Below are positions 34,485-44,448 of a stretch of 64,000 nucleotides of DNA, in pieces (the stretch's first letter is position 1; each line of letters opens with the position of its first letter). Where the stretch lies: NCBI GenBank assembly GCA_048940925.1, contig JBHLOC010000007.1:56064-120063 (forward strand), given 5' to 3'. The notes beneath the pieces were generated by a model. It ran no database searches, was not told where the DNA came from, and saw only the letters and a list, made by a program, of their open reading frames with translations. This DNA comes from Promethearchaeota archaeon (GTDB lineage: Archaea; Asgardarchaeota; Lokiarchaeia; Sigyniarchaeales; SOKP01). The translations under genes and the position numbers were made by a program.

Positions 34485-37073
34485 ATGAATTATGGTGGAA
34501 TTATGGAAGTAGAACAACGTAAGATTTATGAAGAACAAATTAATAAGTATAAGGAATTACGTCCGCTTTATAAACAGTATAGTAAGATTTTGAAAAAAAT
34601 ATTGGATAATTTAGTTTGTGGTTGTTCGTCTGAATTTATTATAGAACGAAGAGTCAAATCTATTTCTGGTTTTGCAAATAAAATATTCAATCCCGAAGAA
34701 ACATATACTAATCCTATTTTGGAAATAAAAGATTTATGTGGGATTCGGATTATTCTTCCTAATATTAGTGAAATGAATGCTGTTTGTAACGTTATTCGTG
34801 ATAATTTTATTGTTGATATCACTGAAAGTAGTGAGATAATTGGACCAAGTACAGGTATGGATATTTTAGAGCATTATCGCACATATATAGTCCAGCTTAT
34901 CCCAACATTAAGTCTTTATGAGAGATTAAATTTGAAAATTCCTGATGAAATTTTTAATTTAAAAGCAGAAATACAAGTTCGCACCTATCTTAGTCAGGGT
35001 TGGGCAGCAAATCAAGATCAAATTTTCAAAAAGTATGAATTTAAAGTACCAAGAGCGTATGAACAGGAATTTAGTCGCGTAAAATCATTATTAACGATTG
35101 AAGATGATGCTTTAGATAATATTATGAAAAAAATGCAGGATTACAAATCAATATATGGTGCTTATATGTCAAATGAAAAAATAAAATCAGAGATTGAAAG
35201 ATTAGAGATGGTTTATGAAGCAGATAAAAGTAATTATGAAATAGGTCATAGAATAGCAAAATTAGCAATGACAGTTAACAATATGGATAAATCTATAGAA
35301 ATTTTAAATGAAATCATTAATAATCCTGAATTTAAACAAGCTCCTGCTATAGAAATTGCTAATATATTGCGAGATTTTGGAACTTCACATCATATAAAAT
35401 ATAAAAAAGAGCCACGGGGTGCAAATTTCTTAAAAGGACAATCTTACTTAAAAGAAGCAGTTCAGAAAAATCCTCTTGATTATGATGCGTGGTCATCTTT
35501 AGGGGGGACCTATAAAGACCAAAAAAACCTTGATAAGGCATTAGAATGCTATAAACAAGCATTAAAAGTCAATCCTGGTGATCCTTATCCATTAGGGAAT
35601 TATCTAGTTTTAAATATTCAACAAACAGGAAATTTATTACATATTGAAAAAAACCATGAAATGATTAAAAAAGCGATTGAAAAAAGGTTAAGACAAGTAG
35701 AAGTTATGGTAGACATGCCTTGGGCTTATTTTGATTTAGGGTTGTTTAATTTATTTTTAGGAAACCTACATTTAGCTCTAGATAATTATTTGAAAGGAAT
35801 TCGATTCAGCCCGAATATTTGGATGATTGAAACTACATTAAATACCTTAAATAATCTTAATATTGTTCAAAATAAGTTAGAAGGCATAAAAACCGTAAAA
35901 CATTTATTACTGCTAGGAATATATTTTCATCCGAATCTTGAAGAAAAAACTGAAAAACTGTTAGAGGAAACTATTCTTAAATTAGATGCTGACTTTGACC
36001 AAAAAGAAAAAGATTTTGGTGATTCTATAGTTATTATAGCTGGAGGAACAGATGAGCGAATAGAAAGAAGCCTGGATGCTATAAGAAATAATCTAATTGA
36101 GTCCTTTAGCGATTTTGGATGCACAATTATCTCAGGAGGCACAAAATCTGGTATTAGTAAGATAGTAGGAGATATACAAGAAAAATACCCAAGTAATATT
36201 AAAACGGTTGGATATATCCCAAGTCATATTCCCGCTCATGTAGAATTGGACAAAAGGTATTCCGCAATCCATATTACAGAAGGAAAAGATTTTAGCATCT
36301 TGGAACCTTTGCATTATTGGTATGATTTAATGAAATCTGGAATTGAACCGAGTAGAATTAAACTTATTGGAATCAATGGAGGAAATATTGCGGCTTTTGA
36401 GTTTCATGTTGCGATTGTATTTGGAGCGCAAGTGGGTATAATGAAAAATAGTGGTAGAGCATCTTCAGAATTAATTAACGATCCTAGCTGGGAAGAACCA
36501 ACGGGACCTGAATATGGCTATAAACCAAAGAAATTGATTAAAGTTTTGAAAAATTCAACAGAAGATATTTATAACTTTTTGACAAAGCCATTTATAATTG
36601 ATCCTGATATAGATAATATTCAAAAGTTACTTATACAATATCGAGAAAGCGGAGCAGATATGTATGAATTAAATTTTACCTCAGAAGAAATCGATAATAC
36701 TATATTTTCTGGATTTTTAACGGCCTTGGATCTTATCGCAAGCCAAGAATTAAAGGTAGGCGAAATTGTATCAATAAAGTTCAGTGAAGGTCATTTGACT
36801 GGAGGATTCTTTACTAATAAGGAATTTAAAATAGTATTTTTACTAAATGAGACACCCTCACCATCGTTAGAAGAAAAAATTACTGATTATATAAAAGAGG
36901 TAGAAAGTAAATTAGGTGAACATTTTCATACTCTACAACAAAGTTGTCGGGGTTATCTTGGGGGTAAAGAGATGAATATGATTCTTTCAAATATCTTTGG
37001 TTCAGAAATTTTAAAATTTGTAGACACAAAATTCGAGCAAGAATCTTCAGAACTAGTTCAAGTGCCTGAATAA
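34485..37073 (+). CDS. Multidomain protein: RelA/SpoT-like synthetase, TPR, SLOG-like domain, longin-like domain
   Basis: RRVKSISGFANK, DLCGIRI and EIQVRT (RSH synthetase motifs); DAWSSLGGTYKDQKNLDKALECYKQALKVNP (TPR); IIAGG, ISGGTKSG, GINGGNIAAFE and SGRASSEL (SLOG-like); SG..MY...FSGFLTAL (Asgard longin-like). Confidence 0.75.
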   Translation: MNYGGIMEVEQRKIYEEQINKYKELRPLYKQYSKILKKILDNLVCGCSSEFIIERRVKSISGFANKIFNPEETYTNPILEIKDLCGIRIILPNISEMNAVCNVIRDNFIVDITESSEIIGPSTGMDILEHYRTYIVQLIPTLSLYERLNLKIPDEIFNLKAEIQVRTYLSQGWAANQDQIFKKYEFKVPRAYEQEFSRVKSLLTIEDDALDNIMKKMQDYKSIYGAYMSNEKIKSEIERLEMVYEADKSNYEIGHRIAKLAMTVNNMDKSIEILNEIINNPEFKQAPAIEIANILRDFGTSHHIKYKKEPRGANFLKGQSYLKEAVQKNPLDYDAWSSLGGTYKDQKNLDKALECYKQALKVNPGDPYPLGNYLVLNIQQTGNLLHIEKNHEMIKKAIEKRLRQVEVMVDMPWAYFDLGLFNLFLGNLHLALDNYLKGIRFSPNIWMIETTLNTLNNLNIVQNKLEGIKTVKHLLLLGIYFHPNLEEKTEKLLEETILKLDADFDQKEKDFGDSIVIIAGGTDERIERSLDAIRNNLIESFSDFGCTIISGGTKSGISKIVGDIQEKYPSNIKTVGYIPSHIPAHVELDKRYSAIHITEGKDFSILEPLHYWYDLMKSGIEPSRIKLIGINGGNIAAFEFHVAIVFGAQVGIMKNSGRASSELINDPSWEEPTGPEYGYKPKKLIKVLKNSTEDIYNFLTKPFIIDPDIDNIQKLLIQYRESGADMYELNFTSEEIDNTIFSGFLTALDLIASQELKVGEIVSIKFSEGHLTGGFFTNKEFKIVFLLNETPSPSLEEKITDYIKEVESKLGEHFHTLQQSCRGYLGGKEMNMILSNIFGSEILKFVDTKFEQESSELVQVPE

Positions 37074-37235
37074 AATCAGAATAATTATTTTTTTCATTTT
37101 TGCATTTAAATTTTCACCGTTAAGTTATATAATTCAATCCTTAAAATCCTATAAAGAAATATATTTGGTTCGGATTATTCCATTTAGAAATCTTCAATAA
37201 TTATGCTAAATAATTAAATGCTATAATTATAAAAC

Positions 37236-38498
37236 ATGGAGATATATTTGTCCAAAAAATTATATCTTGAAAATTCTTTCACGCTTTATAAAGAAGCGCT
37301 TGAATTAATACCTGGAGCAATATTAGGGATCCGAAGACCTTATAATTTTGTAGAAGGAGAGTATCCTATATTTTTCGAAAGCGCTAAAGGGGGAAAGGTA
37401 TCAGATGTGGATGGAAATGAGTATATTGATATGCTTTGTGCCTATGGGCCAATAATAATAGGACATAGAGAAGAAGAAATCGATAATGAAGTTATTAAGC
37501 AAATACAAGAAAAAGGATTTTGTATGTCATTAACTCAACCACTACAAAATCAATTAGCTAAGAAATTGAGAAAAATGATACCTTGCTGTGAAAAAATGGT
37601 TTTTGTTAAAACGGGTTCGGATGCTACTACAACAGGTATTAGAGTTGCTAGGGCATATACCAAACGTGTTAAATTATTAAGATGCGGATATCATGGATGG
37701 CATGATTGGGCTATAGGACATACTCTTGACGGCGGAATCCCCAAAAAATCATTTGAAGATGTGCATGAATTTGAATTTAATAATCTTGATCAAGTAACGA
37801 ATTTAATGGAAGAACATGGTAATGATGTAGCGGCTATTATTACTACGCCTATAGATCATCCTGGTGGGCATGAAGTAAAAAAGCCAAATCCTGGTTTTTT
37901 AGAAGGCCTTCAAAAGTTAGCAAATGACTATGGATCTTTACTGATGTTTGATGAAATTCGTACTGGTTTTAGAGTTGATTTAGGTGGAGCACAAAAACTA
38001 TTTGGAGTAATTCCTGATCTTGGTGCTTTTGGGAAAGCAATGGCAAATGGTTACCCAATAAGTTTTCTTGCTGGAAAAGAAAAAATTATGAATGTACTAA
38101 TCGAAGAGGTTTTTCTCAGCTCAACATTTTTCCCAAATAGTCTAGCTCAAGTAGCAGCTCTTAAAACAATAGAAATTATTGAGCGTGAAAAAGTCTTAGA
38201 GAATATCAGTAAAAAAGGGAATGTTTTTGCAAAAAATATTAGAGATTTAATAGAAGATAGTAGGATTCCTTGTGTTTTTACGGGAGATCCTTGGATGCCT
38301 TATATTACTTTTAACCCTGATCCAAATTATTTATATAGAAAATTGAGAGAGGAATTTTATACGCAATTGATTCGACGTAAAGTTTTTCTTCAGCCTTTCC
38401 ATCATGGATACATTTGTTATCGTCATACAAATGAAGATTTAGATTATGCAGCAGATATGATAAGAGAATCATTAAAAGAAACTAAAAAATTAATGTGA
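37236..38498 (+). CDS. kat: 3-aminobutyryl-CoA aminotransferase (class III PLP enzyme)
   Basis: GSA-aminomutase-like fold with GIRRPYNFVEGEYPIFF, FDEIRTGFR, FGKAMANG and VFLSSTFFPNS, as I recall for the Cloacimonas Kat; it heads the lysine fermentation cluster. The true start may be the TTG at 37248 after GGAG. Confidence 0.85.
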   Translation: MEIYLSKKLYLENSFTLYKEALELIPGAILGIRRPYNFVEGEYPIFFESAKGGKVSDVDGNEYIDMLCAYGPIIIGHREEEIDNEVIKQIQEKGFCMSLTQPLQNQLAKKLRKMIPCCEKMVFVKTGSDATTTGIRVARAYTKRVKLLRCGYHGWHDWAIGHTLDGGIPKKSFEDVHEFEFNNLDQVTNLMEEHGNDVAAIITTPIDHPGGHEVKKPNPGFLEGLQKLANDYGSLLMFDEIRTGFRVDLGGAQKLFGVIPDLGAFGKAMANGYPISFLAGKEKIMNVLIEEVFLSSTFFPNSLAQVAALKTIEIIEREKVLENISKKGNVFAKNIRDLIEDSRIPCVFTGDPWMPYITFNPDPNYLYRKLREEFYTQLIRRKVFLQPFHHGYICYRHTNEDLDYAADMIRESLKETKKLM

Positions 38499-38542
38499 AT
38501 TTTATTATCATTTATTCTTGTATATTCCAATAGTGAAATTTT

Positions 38543-39367
38543 ATGGAAAATTTGATAATAACTGCCGCTATATGTGGTGCTGAGGTATCAAAAGAAAATA
38601 ATCCAAATATTCCATATACTGTTAAGGAAATTGGAAAAGAAGCAAAGTATGCTTATGATGCAGGGGCTAGTATAATACATTTGCATGTTAGGGAAGATGA
38701 CGGAACTCCAACCCAAGATAAAGAACGATTTCGAATGTGTATCGAAGAAATAAAAAGAAAATGTCCCAATGTTATTATACAACCTTCAACTGGCGGTGCA
38801 GTTGGAATGACTAATGAAGAACGTTTACAACCCATATATCTAGATCCTCATCCTGAGTTAGCAACCTTGGATTGTGGTACTATGAATTACGGTGGCGGAG
38901 ATGAGATCTTTATCAATACAGAAAAAACTATAATCTACTTTGCTGAGGAAATGAATAAGCGTGGCATAAAGTATGAATTAGAATGTTTTGATAAGGGTAT
39001 GGTTGACATGGCATTGAGATTACATGATAAAGGCTATATTAAAGATCCTATGCATTTTAATTTCGTATTGGGAGTTATAGGGGGAATTGCCGCTACATCT
39101 CGCGATTTGGAATTTCTTAAACATAGTATTCCACCTGGATCAACTTTTACTGTATGTGCTGTAGGTAAACACGAGTTTCCTATGGTTATACAATCAATAA
39201 TAATGGGTGGACATGCTAGAGTAGGTTTTGAAGACAACGTTTATTTGTCAAAAGGAGTCTTGGCAAAATCTAATGGAGAACTAGTAGAAAAGGTTGTTAG
39301 GATTTCAAAAGAATTGGGGAGAGATATTGCTAGTCCTGATGAGGCACGCAAAATTTTGAAATTATAA
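38543..39367 (+). CDS. kce: 3-keto-5-aminohexanoate cleavage enzyme
   Basis: LIITAAICGAE, IIHLHVR, QPSTGGAVG and RVGFEDN motifs, plus gene context. Confidence 0.95.
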   Translation: MENLIITAAICGAEVSKENNPNIPYTVKEIGKEAKYAYDAGASIIHLHVREDDGTPTQDKERFRMCIEEIKRKCPNVIIQPSTGGAVGMTNEERLQPIYLDPHPELATLDCGTMNYGGGDEIFINTEKTIIYFAEEMNKRGIKYELECFDKGMVDMALRLHDKGYIKDPMHFNFVLGVIGGIAATSRDLEFLKHSIPPGSTFTVCAVGKHEFPMVIQSIIMGGHARVGFEDNVYLSKGVLAKSNGELVEKVVRISKELGRDIASPDEARKILKL

Positions 39368-39397
39368 TAAATAAATTGGTAAACCAAGGGAATAATA

Positions 39398-40108
39398 ATG
39401 TTGTACAATAAGTTAGCAAAATATTATGATTTAATATATTCATGGAAAGATTATAAGCAGGAAGTCAATAGCATTAAGAGTTTAATTAAAAAATATAAAA
39501 ATTCTGATGGTAATGAATTACTTGATGTCGGGTGTGGAACAGGAAAGCATTTAAAATATTTAAAACTCGATTTTTCTTGTATCGGGATTGATATTAATAT
39601 CGAAATGCTAAAAATTGCAAGAGACAATATAAAAGATGTAATTTTTACTCAAGCAGATATGATAACTATGGATCTCAACAAAAAGTTCGATATAATAATA
39701 AGCCTTTTTAGTTCTATTGGGCATGTAAAAACCTACAATAATTTAAAACAAACGATTCTAAACTTCTCAAGACATTTAAAAAAAGGTGGAGTGGTAGTTA
39801 TTGAACCATGGCTTACTAAATCAACTTACGATGTTGGACGTCCCGGAATGACTACTTATGAGACAGAAGATATAAAGATTGCAAGATTAAATACTACAAA
39901 ATTAGAAAATGACTTGTCAATCTTGGAGATGCATTATTTAATTGCTGAAAGAAATAAGGATATTGAATATTTTTCTGAAAGACATGAAATGGGACTTTTT
40001 GATATTAATAAATTTCTGAAGTATATGACTCAAGCAGGATTAAAGTCAGAATTTTTAAAAGATGGTTTAATGAAAGATAGAGGACTTTATGTAGGTATAA
40101 AAGAGTAA
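39398..40108 (+). CDS. Class I SAM-dependent methyltransferase (TylM1/DesVI-like N-methyltransferase family)
   Basis: YDLIYSWKDY, LLDVGCGTGKH, LFSSIG, EPW and C-terminal RGLYVG. Confidence 0.85.
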   Translation: MLYNKLAKYYDLIYSWKDYKQEVNSIKSLIKKYKNSDGNELLDVGCGTGKHLKYLKLDFSCIGIDINIEMLKIARDNIKDVIFTQADMITMDLNKKFDIIISLFSSIGHVKTYNNLKQTILNFSRHLKKGGVVVIEPWLTKSTYDVGRPGMTTYETEDIKIARLNTTKLENDLSILEMHYLIAERNKDIEYFSERHEMGLFDINKFLKYMTQAGLKSEFLKDGLMKDRGLYVGIKE

Positions 40109-40139
40109 AAAATATTTTATAATAATTTTCGGTATAATT

Positions 40140-41180
40140 ATGAAAAAAGGATCTAAATATGGAACTCATAGAGTGATTGAACCAGAAGGTGCATTACCTC
40201 AACCTGCTACAAAAATTTCAAATGAAATGGATATCTATGATAATGAAATCTTAATTAATGTAGATTATTTAAATATTGATTCGGCAAGCTTTACACAACT
40301 CAGAGAAGAAGCCCAGGATGATATCGAAAAAGTGAAAAAAAAAATATTAGAGATAGTAAAAGAAAAAGGAAAAATGCAGAATCCTGTAACTGGCTCTGGT
40401 GGAATGCTTATAGGAAAAGTGGAACAAATTGGAGATGCTTTAAGAGATAAAATTGATTTAAAAGTTGGTGATAAAATAGCTACGCTTGTGTCTCTCTCCC
40501 TCACCCCACTTAGGATAGATAAAATAATAAATATTCAGCCGGATATAGATAGAGTTGAAATTGAGGGTAAAGCAATTCTTTTTGAAAGTGGGATATATGC
40601 AAAGCTTCCTGAAGATATGGAAGATACGTTAACATTAGCAATTCTTGATGTAGCAGGCGCTCCAGCTCAGGTAAAAAATTTGGTCAAACCTGGATATACT
40701 GTTCTAATTTTAGGAGCCACAGGAAAGTCTGGATTGATGTGTTCTTTAATGGCAAAAAAATTGGTTGGTGATGAGGGTAAAGTTATTGGACAAGCAAGAA
40801 ATGAAAAACGTGCAAAGTTTCTGGAAGATACCGAATTTTGCCATGAAATTATAATTGCGGATGTACTTAATCCTGTAGATATATTAAATAAAGTTCTTGA
40901 AGTGAATGATGGAAAAGAAGTAGATATTTCAATAAATTGTTTAAGTATCCCCAATACTGAGATGTCAAGTATACTTCCGGTGAAGGATGGTGGAATAGTT
41001 TATTTTTTTTCTATGGCGACAGAATTTACAAAAGCAGCATTGGGGGCAGAAGGAGTTGGTAAGGATGTTAAAATGTTGATTGGATGTGGATATGCTAAAA
41101 ATCATGCGCAAATTGCTTTAGATTTAGTTCGGGAATCAGAAACAATACGAAAAATATTTGAAGAAAGATATGTTAAATAA
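40140..41180 (+). CDS. kdd: L-erythro-3,5-diaminohexanoate dehydrogenase
   Basis: YGTHRVIEPEGALPQPA, NIDSASF, NPVTGSGGML and AALGAEG motifs. Confidence 0.95.
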   Translation: MKKGSKYGTHRVIEPEGALPQPATKISNEMDIYDNEILINVDYLNIDSASFTQLREEAQDDIEKVKKKILEIVKEKGKMQNPVTGSGGMLIGKVEQIGDALRDKIDLKVGDKIATLVSLSLTPLRIDKIINIQPDIDRVEIEGKAILFESGIYAKLPEDMEDTLTLAILDVAGAPAQVKNLVKPGYTVLILGATGKSGLMCSLMAKKLVGDEGKVIGQARNEKRAKFLEDTEFCHEIIIADVLNPVDILNKVLEVNDGKEVDISINCLSIPNTEMSSILPVKDGGIVYFFSMATEFTKAALGAEGVGKDVKMLIGCGYAKNHAQIALDLVRESETIRKIFEERYVK

Positions 41181-41216
41181 ATTGTTGAGTCAAAAATAAA
41201 ATTATAGAGTAGAATC

Positions 41217-42455
41217 ATGAAAGTAAATAGAAGAGAAGAATTATTTGGACATGTAAGCGATGAGGACTGGAATGATTGGCGCTGGCAAGTTAAAAACAGG
41301 ATAACAACTTTAGAAGAACTCAAACAATATATCACATTAACTGAAGAAGAAGACGATCCTAGAATTTTGCAAGAATATAGGATGGCTATAACTCCTTATT
41401 ATTTGTCATTAATCGATCCGAATGATCCTTATGATCCAATTAGAAAACAATCAATTCCCACAATCCATGAGTTAGAGAAATATGTTGGTGAACTTCAAGA
41501 TCCACTGAGTGAAGATGTTGATTCTCCTGTTGAAGGATTAACACATCGTTATCCTGATAGAGTTTTATTTTTAGTTACTGAAAACTGTTCAATGTATTGT
41601 AGGCATTGTACAAGAAGACGATTTGCAGGTCATCATGATATGGCACCTCCACAATCACAAATAGATGCTTGTATAGAATATATACGAAAAACACCTTCTA
41701 TTCGAGATGTATTATTATCTGGGGGTGATGCATTATTAATGTCTGATAAAAAGTTAGAAGATATTCTGAAAAAATTAAAAGAAATTCCTCATGTTGAAAT
41801 AATACGTATCGGATCTAGAGCTCCAGTTACAAATCCTTTCCGTATTACTCCAGAATTGTGTGAAATGCTGAAAAAATATCATCCTATTTGGTTTAATACC
41901 CATTTTAATCATCCAAATGAAATCACCATAGATTCTACAAGAGCGTGCGAAATGCTAGCAGATGCAGGGATGCCACTTGGAAATCAATCTGTTTTGTTAA
42001 GAGGGATAAATGATTGTATTCATATTATGAAAAAATTAGTACATGAATTGGTAAAAATTAGAGTTAGACCATATTATATTTATCAATGTGATCTTTCTAT
42101 AGGATTAGGACATTTTAGAACAAGTGTTGCCCAAGGTATTGAAATTATTGAAGGTTTGAGAGGGCATACTTCTGGTTTATGTGTACCCACATTTGTAGTT
42201 GATGCACCTGGAGGAGGCGGAAAAATTCCAGTTATGCCAGATTATACGATCTCTCAGGGACATAAAAGAGTAGTATTGAGAAATTTTGAAGGAGTAATTA
42301 CAACTTACGAAGAACCTGAAGATTATATTCCTAACTGTCATTGTGAAGATTGTGAAAAGCAAATTGGAGTCAGTGCATTACTAAGCGGAGAAAAAGTCAC
42401 TATTGAACCTGAAGATCTAAAAAGAAAATTAAGAAGAAAAAAACTTACCAAGTGA
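41217..42455 (+). CDS. kamA: Lysine 2,3-aminomutase (radical SAM, PLP)
   Basis: [29 protein letters not shown] and C-terminal Zn Cys (CHCEDC). Confidence 0.97.
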   Translation: MKVNRREELFGHVSDEDWNDWRWQVKNRITTLEELKQYITLTEEEDDPRILQEYRMAITPYYLSLIDPNDPYDPIRKQSIPTIHELEKYVGELQDPLSEDVDSPVEGLTHRYPDRVLFLVTENCSMYCRHCTRRRFAGHHDMAPPQSQIDACIEYIRKTPSIRDVLLSGGDALLMSDKKLEDILKKLKEIPHVEIIRIGSRAPVTNPFRITPELCEMLKKYHPIWFNTHFNHPNEITIDSTRACEMLADAGMPLGNQSVLLRGINDCIHIMKKLVHELVKIRVRPYYIYQCDLSIGLGHFRTSVAQGIEIIEGLRGHTSGLCVPTFVVDAPGGGGKIPVMPDYTISQGHKRVVLRNFEGVITTYEEPEDYIPNCHCEDCEKQIGVSALLSGEKVTIEPEDLKRKLRRKKLTK

Positions 42456-42552
42456 AAACTTCTTCTTTTAAATATACTTATATTATTCCTATTCTTAACT
42501 ATTACTTGAATTTTCCAATTTTACATAAAGTTAATAAAGAAAGGATTCAAAT

Positions 42553-44319
42553 TTGTCTGATTCAACACAAAAAGACTTAGTTCAGATTAAAGAACTCATT
42601 GATGAGAGTAAGTATAATGAAGCTCTAGACTTAATGAAAATTTTCGAGGAAAAAGGAGAGTATTCAGTAGAAGACTTAATAAAATGCCATCTCCTCAAGT
42701 GTGAGCTATTGGGACAACGAGGATTATATAATGAGGCTCGTGAACTCGCTAATCAAGCATATGAAAAGAGTTTAAGTTTAGGGAACCCTCTTTTAACTAT
42801 TGATACCTTACTTTCACTTTCTAAGACCTTACCTTTTTTAGGATATCAAGATACTCTTCTAAAAACAATAAACCAAATTGAAAAATTACTAGAGTTTTAC
42901 CCGCAAAAAGAATCAAATGATTTCATGCAAAGAAAAGCAACTATTTTTGCGTTAAAAAGTTTTCTAGATATCTATAGCGTAGATCAACAATTGAAATTTA
43001 GGGAACATTGTTTATCAATACGGAAAAAGATTGGCTCTAAAGTAGAAATTGTTGAAGCATATACGTATTATATTAATCATGTAGTAGCATTAAAGGGTGA
43101 AATAGATCGAGCCTTAAAACTTACAGAACAAACATATAACCTTGCTCAGGAAATAAATAATAAATTTTGGATTGGTTTCACTTTAATTAACTTTATGCTA
43201 TTTTATAAAATTAAAGGTGAATTTGATAAAAGTCTTGATTATTGCAAACAGAGTATGGCCTTATTCGAAGAAATTGGAAATAAAAGAATTATAGGGGGTT
43301 TGCTTAGTCAATTTGGAGAGATCTATAGAATGAAAGGTGATCTTGACATTGCTCTCGAGTATGCAAAGCAAGGCTTATCAATTCGCGAGAAAACAGGAAT
43401 CCCAGTTGATATTGCAACTGCTCTTGGTATTTCGATTGATCTAGCTGTTGAGATGAACGAAATTGACTTAGCTAAGCAATATTTATCTCGTTTAAAAGAG
43501 TTAGATGATCGGAAAGATAGTCAATGGATTCATATCATGTATCTCTCCTGTAAAGCTTCAATCTTAAAAACGAGTCCTAGAGCCAAAAATCGAGCTGAAG
43601 CAGAAGATATCTTAAAATGGATAATTGAAGAGGGAGAGAGAGGTGGTATTAAGAGTGATGCATTGATAGGATTATGTGATTTATTATTAATTGAATTACG
43701 TATGACCAACGATATTAAAGTTTTGGACGAGTTAGATCAATATATACATCAGCTAGTGGAACTTTCTGAAAGCTCTAATTCGTTTTATCTTTTAGCTGAG
43801 ACCTGTCTTCTACAAGCTAAATTGTCATTAATTACTTTAGATATGAATGAAGCTCGCAGATTCTTGACTCAAGGCCAAAAAATTGCGGAAAGACATGGGT
43901 ATAACCAGTTGGCTGTTAAACTTTCAAAAGAGCACGAAAATTTGATTAACCAATTAGATATTTGGAAGGAAATCAAGACATCAGAAGTAATCCTTGCTGA
44001 AAGAATAGAAATGGCTAAGATTGGTGAACAAATGGAAGGAATGATTCGTAATCGTAAGACGCTACTTACCCAAATTTTTGAAGAAAAAGTTGAAATTCAT
44101 AAAGAACAGAAAATCTGCCTTGTCTGTAAAGGACAGGCATTAGGATTTACATACATATGTGATTGCGGTGCAATTTATTGTGAAAATTGTGCCCTGGCAT
44201 TAAGTAACTTAGAAAATATTTGTTGGGTATGTGATTCTCCAATAGATAAATCAAAACCTATAAAACCATATCAAACAGAAAGTCCAATAATAGAACCAAG
44301 AAATTTCAAAAAAAAGTAG
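42553..44319 (+). CDS. TPR-repeat protein with C-terminal Zn finger (Lokiarchaeia-expanded type)
   Basis: Helical TPR repeats (GEIYRMKGDLDIALEYAKQGLSIRE) and CLVC...YICDCGAIYCENC...CWVC. Confidence 0.85.
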   Translation: MSDSTQKDLVQIKELIDESKYNEALDLMKIFEEKGEYSVEDLIKCHLLKCELLGQRGLYNEARELANQAYEKSLSLGNPLLTIDTLLSLSKTLPFLGYQDTLLKTINQIEKLLEFYPQKESNDFMQRKATIFALKSFLDIYSVDQQLKFREHCLSIRKKIGSKVEIVEAYTYYINHVVALKGEIDRALKLTEQTYNLAQEINNKFWIGFTLINFMLFYKIKGEFDKSLDYCKQSMALFEEIGNKRIIGGLLSQFGEIYRMKGDLDIALEYAKQGLSIREKTGIPVDIATALGISIDLAVEMNEIDLAKQYLSRLKELDDRKDSQWIHIMYLSCKASILKTSPRAKNRAEAEDILKWIIEEGERGGIKSDALIGLCDLLLIELRMTNDIKVLDELDQYIHQLVELSESSNSFYLLAETCLLQAKLSLITLDMNEARRFLTQGQKIAERHGYNQLAVKLSKEHENLINQLDIWKEIKTSEVILAERIEMAKIGEQMEGMIRNRKTLLTQIFEEKVEIHKEQKICLVCKGQALGFTYICDCGAIYCENCALALSNLENICWVCDSPIDKSKPIKPYQTESPIIEPRNFKKK

Positions 44320-44448
44320 AAAAAAGAGCAATATATTATTCGATCAATAACCTTTAGAAAATCTAGTCTAATATAAAGCTGAAATTATATTTTAATTACT
44401 TAAGATTATTTCGTATGTTATCAAAAACACCTTATATTTAGCTAGAAA

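Noticed and set aside
13599-37073. Receptor block as a mobile element or provirus
   Set aside because: I saw no integrase, transposase, terminal repeats, tRNA attachment site or viral genes, and no obvious compositional shift by eye.
37236-38498. Annotation as glutamate-1-semialdehyde aminomutase (hemL)
   Set aside because: The fold is the same, but the sequence signatures and position beside kce/kdd/kam genes fit Kat.
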